A stretch of 64,000 nt of DNA from a virus: the IMG/VR virus record IMGVR_UViG_3300032304_000956, positions 5,829 to 69,828 of that record. One strand, given 5' to 3'. The position numbers and the translations under genes are program-made. The notes under the pieces were generated by a model, which had not been told where the DNA came from, did no database searches, and saw nothing but the letters and a program-made list of their open reading frames with translations. Every line of letters starts with the position of its first letter. Position 1 is the first letter of the stretch. Below, in pieces: positions 57,671-64,000 of the stretch.

Positions 57671-58374
57671 GCAATTATATCAAACCCGTTCTCCTGATTG
57701 GAGACATTCATGGTGCTTTTGGTCGCTTGAAAAATCTTGTTCACCAACAAGGTATCGAAAACTGTTACCTTATTTGTGTTGGTGATCTTGGCATTGGATT
57801 TAAAAGAACACAAAATGGTGAAATGCTTGCTTGTGGTGATCTTAATGATTATTTTGCCAAGAAGAATATCCACTTCATGTCGATTCATGGCAACCACGAT
57901 GATCCGGCTTATTTCAATGGTGAACATCGTATCAGAATGGGCAACTTTGAATTGCTGCCTGACTACGAAACCAAAGAGCTTAATGGTGAAAAATTCCTTT
58001 TTGTCGGAGGAGCTATCAGCATTGACCGTAAACACAGAGTTCCCGGTCAGAGTTATTGGCACGACGAAACATTCGTTCTAAAGCCAGAATTGGTTACAGA
58101 ATGTGATGTGCTGGTTACTCACTCTGGCCCGTCTTGGAATGGACCCATGGACAAGGACGGGTTATCAGGTTGGTGTGATAAAGACCCGGAGCTTTGGGAT
58201 GAATGTCTCAAAGAGCGTAAAGATCACGATGAACTAATTCGTCTTGCTAAACCCAAGATGCATTATTGTGGACACTTCCATTCATACCACTGGGTTGAAA
58301 TGAATGGATGTTACTCCACGATTCTTGCCATTGAGCAAGTCAAAGAGCATAAACTTATCGAATCTACCTTTTAA
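57667..58374 (+). CDS. calcineurin-like metallophosphoesterase
   Basis: GDIHG, VGDLG, HGNHD, VTH, CGHFH. Confidence 0.88.
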   Translation: MSNYIKPVLLIGDIHGAFGRLKNLVHQQGIENCYLICVGDLGIGFKRTQNGEMLACGDLNDYFAKKNIHFMSIHGNHDDPAYFNGEHRIRMGNFELLPDYETKELNGEKFLFVGGAISIDRKHRVPGQSYWHDETFVLKPELVTECDVLVTHSGPSWNGPMDKDGLSGWCDKDPELWDECLKERKDHDELIRLAKPKMHYCGHFHSYHWVEMNGCYSTILAIEQVKEHKLIESTF

Positions 58375-58397
58375 ACACTGCATTACAATAACATTAC
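58373..58397 (+). promoter_or_regulatory. AAACACTG-N3-TAnnnT promoter
   Basis: aaacactg cat tacaat aacattac ATG. Confidence 0.65.
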
Positions 58398-58838
58398 ATG
58401 AAAACTAAAATACAAGAAGATTTGGTCGTCGCTATGCGAGCCAAAGACACCACGAAGCTTAATGTTTTGCGATCAATCAAGACCGCAATTACCAATGCTG
58501 AAAAGGCAAACAAAGACAATCCTCTGGCTGATCTTGAATTGGTGAACGTTGTTCGTAAATTGGTGAATCAGCGCAATGATAGTATTGATCAATTTGTTAA
58601 TGCCAAGCGTTTTGATTTGGCTGATAACGAACGCCTCGAAAAACAAATTCTTGAAAAATATCTTCCACAGTCTTTGACCGAAGATGAACTGAATACTCTG
58701 GTTAATACAACTATTGAGGAGTTGCAAGCAACTACCAAAAAGGACATGGGCAAGGTTATCAAGGCAGTTCAAGAAAAGGCTCAAGGACGGGCTGATAACA
58801 AGGCCATTTCTCAATTGGTCAGTTTCAAACTTAACTGA
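58398..58838 (+). CDS. yqeY: YqeY/GatB-like protein
   Basis: AMRAKD..LNVLRSIK, QRNDSIDQF..AKRFDLA..E..ILEKYLPQ, DMGKVI. Confidence 0.88.
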   Translation: MKTKIQEDLVVAMRAKDTTKLNVLRSIKTAITNAEKANKDNPLADLELVNVVRKLVNQRNDSIDQFVNAKRFDLADNERLEKQILEKYLPQSLTEDELNTLVNTTIEELQATTKKDMGKVIKAVQEKAQGRADNKAISQLVSFKLN

Positions 58839-58843
58839 GAGAT

Positions 58844-59089
58844 ATGGAAGGTAAATTTTACAAATGTGATTGTGGTCATGGTGGTCTTTATGTCCAATAT
58901 GACAATGAGTATGGATTGGAGATTTCACACTTCCAATATGACGTTTCTCGTAGTTTCTGGAATCGTATTAAATTTGCATGGAAATGCTTGACAGGAAAGC
59001 CATACTGTGATATGGTGTTACTCTCCGATTCTAAAATCGCAGATTTAGTGGATCAACTGATTCATGTTCAAAACACTGACCTAAAATAA
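58844..59089 (+). CDS. hypothetical protein
   Basis: CDCGH...FWNRIKFAWK phage motif. Confidence 0.6.
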   Translation: MEGKFYKCDCGHGGLYVQYDNEYGLEISHFQYDVSRSFWNRIKFAWKCLTGKPYCDMVLLSDSKIADLVDQLIHVQNTDLK

Positions 59090-59094
59090 ACAAG
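59071..59094 (+). promoter_or_regulatory. AAACACTG-N3-TAnnnT promoter
   Basis: aaacactg acc taaaat aaacaag ATG. Confidence 0.65.
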
Positions 59095-60153
59095 ATGAAA
59101 AAAATTGCTAGTATTGAAAAGATTGTAGAAGTTTGCGATCACCCGAACGCAGAGCGATTGGAAATTGTTAAAGTTCTTGGCTATCAGTGTGTAACTCAAA
59201 AGGGTCTACATAAAACTGGTGACACGATCATTTATATCCAACCCGACAGCATTCTTCCTGAACAACCATGGGCGGAAGATTACCGCAAGTATTCACCTTC
59301 TCGTATTCGCGCCGTAAAATTGAGGGGAGAATATAGTGAAGGGGTTGTTGTTCGCCTTGAACAAGTTGCTGAATTCTTGCCTGCTGATGGTGATATTCAA
59401 GAAGGGGATGATATGGCTGCTATTCTTGGTGTCGAACATTATGAACCACCAGCGCCTCAAGATCTTAGTGCCAAGGGACTTCTTCCATTTGGAATTCCAA
59501 AGACTGATGAAGAACGTTGGGAAAATATCGTCTCTGTTCTTCCTATTGGAGAAGCTGTTGATGTTACTCTTAAGGTTGATGGTCAGAGTTGGAGTGCATA
59601 CTACAAACTTGATCAAGACGCATTTGGGGTTCTTGGCCGAACCATGGAATACAAGCTTGAATGTAGTAATCGTTACACCGCTCAAATTGATCGTTATGGC
59701 ATTGAAGAAAAGCTTCGTGCGTTTGGTCGGAAACATAATGTCTCTATTTGTATTCGTGGTGAAAGCTACGGAGAAGGATTGCAGAACTTTGCACATAATC
59801 CACATACCAAGGAAAAGGCTGGGCTTGCGCTGTTTAGCGTGTATTTGATTGATGAACGTCGTTATGCTCGTAAGGGTGATCCGTTCTATGTTGATATTGT
59901 CGCTGCTGAACTTGGTCTTCATACCGTTGAATTCATCGAACGTGACGTTGTTCTTACTGAAGAACTCATTCAGAAGTATTCTGTTGGTATTGATAAGATC
60001 AACGGCAAGCCATTCGAAGGTGTGGTTGTCAACCATGGCGCATACGTTAAGCCGAAAACCATTCAGACTCCAGACGGTGATAAGGTAGTTGATTACAACT
60101 ACTCTCCGGGTTCGTTCAAGATCATCAACAAGAATTACGACAGCAAGAAGTAA
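59095..60153 (+). CDS. RNA ligase, DRB0094/Rnl5 family
   Basis: HPNAERLE, IRAVKLRGEYSEG, IPKTDEER, motif I KVDG, RGESYG, FEGVVV, FKIIN. Confidence 0.9.
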   Translation: MKKIASIEKIVEVCDHPNAERLEIVKVLGYQCVTQKGLHKTGDTIIYIQPDSILPEQPWAEDYRKYSPSRIRAVKLRGEYSEGVVVRLEQVAEFLPADGDIQEGDDMAAILGVEHYEPPAPQDLSAKGLLPFGIPKTDEERWENIVSVLPIGEAVDVTLKVDGQSWSAYYKLDQDAFGVLGRTMEYKLECSNRYTAQIDRYGIEEKLRAFGRKHNVSICIRGESYGEGLQNFAHNPHTKEKAGLALFSVYLIDERRYARKGDPFYVDIVAAELGLHTVEFIERDVVLTEELIQKYSVGIDKINGKPFEGVVVNHGAYVKPKTIQTPDGDKVVDYNYSPGSFKIINKNYDSKK

Positions 60154-60320
60154 TGGATGATAGTGGAGCCACTATGAAATTCAGCCACCAATATCCTACA
60201 TACATTGGATATTGGTGGCTGAGTCATGGACAGATCAGAGTGATGACAACCGCCCGTCCTTCATTATGGACGAGGTTTTGGTTTTCGTTTTTCTTTGGCG
60301 TTGAGTGGATCAGTTATTGA
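60153..60320 (+). CDS. small Trp-rich protein
   Basis: Manual ORF ...YIGYWWL...RPSLWTRFWFSFFFGVEW; TAATG overlap with the ligase. Confidence 0.55.
   Translation: MDDSGATMKFSHQYPTYIGYWWLSHGQIRVMTTARPSLWTRFWFSFFFGVEWISY
60181..60222. other. perfect 16-bp inverted repeat
   Basis: tcagccaccaatatcc-10 nt-ggatattggtggctga. Confidence 0.85.
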
Positions 60321-60357
60321 CATTTCAAAATATCGTGCTAAAACTAAATATAGTAGC

Positions 60358-60567
60358 ATGAGAAACAAAAACGGAACTGGCTATGAGATTGTCGATAACC
60401 ACGACGGCACTTACACATTACTTGAATTGCATGGTGAGAAAACATACGTCGTTGTTGCTAATGTTACTCTTGATGAAGTTTTGGAAGCCAAGAAGGATCT
60501 GGAATCAGATGCAACCCGAACCGATTTTGAAACTTTTTTCAAAAACATCTACACCGATAAAAAATAA
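60358..60567 (+). CDS. hypothetical protein
   Basis: ATG after TTGACA...TAAAAC/TAAATA. Confidence 0.55.
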   Translation: MRNKNGTGYEIVDNHDGTYTLLELHGEKTYVVVANVTLDEVLEAKKDLESDATRTDFETFFKNIYTDKK

Positions 60568-60577
60568 TCAAAATACT

Positions 60578-61645
60578 ATGAACATAAAAGAGCAAGTAAT
60601 AGACGCAAAGAGTCAAGGTTTATCTTACAGACAAATTCATGAAACCTTTGGAATTCCAAGATCAACTGCATATGATTGGATCAAAGCTAGTCAGACCACT
60701 TCACAAGTGACTGGAACCGTTAATGAAAATCTCAAACGAGAAAAAGATGTTAAGTTTGAGAAAACAGCAGAAAATGTTTTGGAATTCTTGGAGCAACTTG
60801 CCCCTATTGAAATTGCGCCTGCTGCACACACCACAATATCATCAGTCGCTGATTGTGGCTATGCTGTGGTCATCGGGGATATGCATTTCCCTAAACAATG
60901 CGATAAGACCATCAGCATATTCATGCAAGTGGTAGAGCGTCTTCAACCAAAGACTGTCATTTTAAACGGCGATACTGTTGATCTACTAGCAGTTTCCCGT
61001 TATCCAAAGGATATCCGTAATCAATACAATCTATTGGATGAACGCAAAGCGTATCATCAGTTCTTGGATAGTCTTATTTCTATTGTTCCTGATGATACGC
61101 AAATCATCGAAGTGAATGCAAACCACAGCGGTAACGATGTTACTGGACGTTGGTGGAGATATTTGTCCGAGCGCATTGGAGAATTGGCTGTGTTGCCAGA
61201 AATCCGTGCTGTGTTGTCTTATGAAAATGTCTTCCTTGGCAATTACAAGGATCGTGTCTCTCTTGTTGATTATGTCAACATCACCGATGATTTCGTTATT
61301 CTTCACGGTGACGTAGTTCGTAAGAACGGCGGATACTCTGCTAGAGGTATGCTTGATAAGCTCAACATTTCTTTGATGCACAATCACACTCACCGTATTG
61401 GTTCTACTGCTCAAAGAATACCCGGTATTGGCAAGCGTAAAGACAGGCAAATCTTCGCATGGGAAAATGGTTGCGCTTGCGATCTAAATCCAGTTTATGC
61501 AAGCAGCCCGAATTGGCAAAATGGATTCAGCATCATTGGATTGGATTCCAATTGCAAAGAACAGCCATATTCAGTTGAGCAAGTGATGGTCCTTGATGGA
61601 GTTGCACACGTTGCTACTCTTGGAGAAACAATCATAGCAATCTAA
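60578..61645 (+). CDS. HTH plus metallophosphoesterase
   Basis: GLSYRQIHETFGIPRSTAYDW; GDMHF, NGDTVD, ANH, HGD, HTHR. Confidence 0.8.
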   Translation: MNIKEQVIDAKSQGLSYRQIHETFGIPRSTAYDWIKASQTTSQVTGTVNENLKREKDVKFEKTAENVLEFLEQLAPIEIAPAAHTTISSVADCGYAVVIGDMHFPKQCDKTISIFMQVVERLQPKTVILNGDTVDLLAVSRYPKDIRNQYNLLDERKAYHQFLDSLISIVPDDTQIIEVNANHSGNDVTGRWWRYLSERIGELAVLPEIRAVLSYENVFLGNYKDRVSLVDYVNITDDFVILHGDVVRKNGGYSARGMLDKLNISLMHNHTHRIGSTAQRIPGIGKRKDRQIFAWENGCACDLNPVYASSPNWQNGFSIIGLDSNCKEQPYSVEQVMVLDGVAHVATLGETIIAI

Positions 61646-61657
61646 CAATGGTTTTGT

Positions 61658-61843
61658 ATGAAAAAGCCAACTGCGAAAAAGCCTTTTGATTATGGACAGT
61701 ATCGCATCGAATACCGAACTGTCCGTAACGGAGAATTACGTTTTCTTAAAAAGAAAATAACAGATTTACAAGCAGCGTTGAACGAATCTTCAAAACTGAG
61801 AGATTTGGGATACGATGATGTAACAGTAAGAACAAATACATGA
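61658..61843 (+). CDS. hypothetical protein
   Basis: 61-aa ORF. Confidence 0.5.
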   Translation: MKKPTAKKPFDYGQYRIEYRTVRNGELRFLKKKITDLQAALNESSKLRDLGYDDVTVRTNT

Positions 61844-61848
61844 AATAA

Positions 61849-62037
61849 ATGAATAAATACGAAGCTGAAATTGACGGGCATTCTTTCTTGATGGTTGATG
61901 ACACCACCATAGAAGTTTGGGATAATTATGAAAGTGAACATCCAGTTAGTTATATTACTGTAAAAGCTGGTAGTGTTAAATCTGAGAAGGACTTTCATTA
62001 TGAAGTAATGGATTGGTCAGCAAAGAATATATTGTAA
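61849..62037 (+). CDS. hypothetical protein
   Basis: 62-aa ORF. Confidence 0.55.
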   Translation: MNKYEAEIDGHSFLMVDDTTIEVWDNYESEHPVSYITVKAGSVKSEKDFHYEVMDWSAKNIL

Positions 62038-62057
62038 ATGCGATGATTTGATGAATT

Positions 62058-62080
62058 AAACACTGTGGTAGTTTAGTGGC
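62058..62080 (+). promoter_or_regulatory. AAACACTG-N3-TAnnnT promoter
   Basis: aaacactg tgg tagttt agtggc ATG. Confidence 0.65.
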
Positions 62081-63046
62081 ATGAATCTGAACTACAAAGA
62101 GGTTGCCTTTACCCGAATTAAAGACGTTGAAATTCCTTCGGAATTTTACAATCGCCTGATGACAGGCATTGATAGTTTGGATAATATTTTTGGCGGTGGA
62201 ATCTTTCCCGGTTCTACCGCCACTCTTATTTCTGATCCGGGTGTTGGCAAAAGTATTTTCTCATTGCAACTTGCTGAATACTTGACCAAAAAGCAATACA
62301 ACGTTGCTTATTCTTCTGGCGAAGAAGACATTTCTCAAATTGCTTTCAATGCGAATCGTCTCAATGTTGAAGATTTGCGAATTGGCACCATTACTGATGT
62401 TGACAAGCTGACTGCTGCAATGACAGATTTGGATTTTATTGTGATCGACAGTTTCCAATGTTTGAAGACTGTCAACGATTTGAATTCACAGGAATTGGTA
62501 AAATACATTTCCAACACAATGATCAAACAGGCTAAAGCGACCAAGTGTTCGCTGCTGTTTATTGTGCAACTCACCTCTAGCGGCGATATGCGAGGCGGAA
62601 CAATGCTGCCGTTTGCAGTTGATACCAACATGCGGATTTCAAAACATGACGATGACGAAGATCAACGTATCATCAATGTTTATAAAAATCGGTTTGGTAA
62701 AACTGGTAAGCATATCGCTATGATGACCGAGCAAGGATATGATTTCTTGGGTGATTACGTGGAAGAAAAGAAAACCAAAGCTTCTCGCGTTAGTGTCAAT
62801 GAAAGTCGAAAGGAACAAATTCTTTCGATGGTGGACCATCCATTCATCACAGTCAATCGCATCGTTTCAGAGTGTAATGTTGGAATTCAAACTGCCAATA
62901 ATCTACTTCGGGAGTTGACTGCTCTTGGTAAGGTTGATAAAGTGGGTCGAGGTTCCACAGCAGTTTGGATAAGTGAACGCTTGACAAAGCAAGACTTTCT
63001 GATAAAATCCCTGCACTCCCTAAACCAAGGATTACAAAATGTCTGA
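62081..63046 (+). CDS. RadA/Sms-like ATPase with C-terminal winged HTH
   Basis: GGGIFPG, DPGVGKS, SGEE, VIDSFQ, KNRFG. Confidence 0.8.
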   Translation: MNLNYKEVAFTRIKDVEIPSEFYNRLMTGIDSLDNIFGGGIFPGSTATLISDPGVGKSIFSLQLAEYLTKKQYNVAYSSGEEDISQIAFNANRLNVEDLRIGTITDVDKLTAAMTDLDFIVIDSFQCLKTVNDLNSQELVKYISNTMIKQAKATKCSLLFIVQLTSSGDMRGGTMLPFAVDTNMRISKHDDDEDQRIINVYKNRFGKTGKHIAMMTEQGYDFLGDYVEEKKTKASRVSVNESRKEQILSMVDHPFITVNRIVSECNVGIQTANNLLRELTALGKVDKVGRGSTAVWISERLTKQDFLIKSLHSLNQGLQNV

Positions 63047-63269
63047 TCAACCAACAATAACAATTCCAACAAGCATTCTGGATCAAGATTTGTCAACTGC
63101 TGAGATTGGAGCCATTGCAATATTAATGTGCTTTCCTTACACCTCACCAGTTATCAAAAATCTATGGATTCAAGATAGAACATTCGCGTCAAGCATGCTC
63201 AGTTTAGATGCTAAACAAATCATATCAATTAAAGATGATGTGGCAACCATTAATTTTGAAAATATTTAA
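63039..63269 (+). CDS. hypothetical protein
   Basis: 76-aa ORF. Confidence 0.5.
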   Translation: MSDQPTITIPTSILDQDLSTAEIGAIAILMCFPYTSPVIKNLWIQDRTFASSMLSLDAKQIISIKDDVATINFENI

Positions 63270-63271
63270 TT

Positions 63272-63433
63272 ATGTCCACGATTGAATCAATAATGAGAGA
63301 ACTTAAAATTGCGTGGGGCTATGACACAACTGAACTTCGACATATTAAAGATTTGCTTGAAGAATATGGAGCGATTCAATATGTTCGAGGTGCATTGAGC
63401 CGACAATTTCAAGACGATGAAACCGAAGAATAA
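63272..63433 (+). CDS. small hypothetical protein
   Basis: Manual ORF MSTIESIMRELKIAWG.... Confidence 0.5.
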   Translation: MSTIESIMRELKIAWGYDTTELRHIKDLLEEYGAIQYVRGALSRQFQDDETEE

Positions 63434-63455
63434 AACACTGACACAATATACAAAC

Positions 63456-64000
63456 ATGATCGCTTATAAAGCCACCTACAATTTCAAGTGCCGTAATCAG
63501 GAATACAAAGTCGGTAAGACTTATACTTCTGACCGCATGCAACTATGTCAGCATGGTTTCCATTTCTGCCAAAAGATGGAAGATGTCCTCAATTATTATT
63601 CATTTTCTTCTGATTTCGTTCTACTGGAAATTGAAATCCTTGGTAAGATCGAAACGAATGGTGACAAATCCGTTACGGATAAACTGAAAGTTCTTCGTGT
63701 TATTCCCTTTGAGGAATACACCGATAGCATGAAATCTCAAATTACCATCTATGAATATGATAAACGGAATAATCTGATTTCCGAAACGTATCCAAATGGT
63801 GAAAAGTATACCTTTGAATATGATGATAGGAATAACAAGATTTCTGAAACGTATCCAAATGGTGAAAAGTGTACCTTTGAATATGATGATAGGAATAACA
63901 AGATTTCTCAGACGTATCCAAATGGTAAAAAGTATACCTTTGAATATGATGAAAGGAATAACAATATTTCCTTGACGTATTCAAGTGGTGAAAAGTATAC
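63456..64000 (+). CDS. GFHFC-domain protein with YD-like repeats (runs off the window edge)
   Basis: Manual translation MIAYKATYNFKCRNQEYKVGKTY...LCQHGFHFC...KSVTDKLKVLR then repeats of YEYDDRNNKISETYPNGEKYTF; AAACACTG motif at 63433. Confidence 0.8.
   Translation, partial: MIAYKATYNFKCRNQEYKVGKTYTSDRMQLCQHGFHFCQKMEDVLNYYSFSSDFVLLEIEILGKIETNGDKSVTDKLKVLRVIPFEEYTDSMKSQITIYEYDKRNNLISETYPNGEKYTFEYDDRNNKISETYPNGEKCTFEYDDRNNKISQTYPNGKKYTFEYDERNNNISLTYSSGEKY
63752..64000 (+). repeat. 63-bp coding tandem repeat (at least 4 copies)
   Basis: Units start at 63752, 63815, 63878 and 63941 (tgaatatgat...). Confidence 0.9.

Noticed and set aside
59293-60036. 247-aa antisense ORF (and similar ones opposite sheath, gp6 and the acidic protein)
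   Set aside because: These are codon-bias shadows of well-supported genes and carry no motifs.
63742-63984. His-rich repeat ORF on the minus strand
   Set aside because: It is the antisense reading of the YD-like repeats.
1-64000. Genome-wide TAG recoding
   Set aside because: Long genes are intact under code 11; only one isolated in-frame TAG was seen.
1-64000. tRNA/rRNA genes or group I introns
   Set aside because: No cloverleaf or intron core was recognised; intergenic gaps are short, and the endonucleases are free-standing. tRNAscan-SE/Infernal would be decisive.

Overview
A 64-kb segment of a large, AT-rich, T4-like myovirus genome read in the standard genetic code. About 1-42 kb is the late/structural region. 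It holds a GT2 glycosyltransferase, Ser/Thr-rich fibre and baseplate proteins, gp6, gp25, neck, TerL/TerS, gp3, sheath, tube and gp26/48/53/27-like genes. Interspersed are a clamp loader, NDP-rhamnose genes (rmlA, rmlB and an NRS/ER-type epimerase/reductase), probable internal head proteins, an intein and free-standing homing endonucleases. About 43-64 kb is an early/accessory region of small genes, including RNA-repair and translation-rescue enzymes (Pth2, YqeY, Rnl5-type ligase, phosphoesterases), a six-copy YopX array, a RadA-like ATPase and a YD-repeat gene. The strongest unexplained signals are: (1) a candidate virion-glycosylation system (rhamnose pathway, glycosyltransferase, a mucin-like protein and an L-S-[A/G/S] motif enriched in outer virion proteins); (2) two promoter classes placed so that transcripts would be leaderless (TAAATA-N5-8-ATG and AAACACTG-N3-TAnnnT-N6-9-ATG); (3) a YopX constant/variable cassette array with junction relics around cargo genes; (4) an intein inside a 61-aa basic protein. 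All family calls come from motif recognition by eye, not from database searches.
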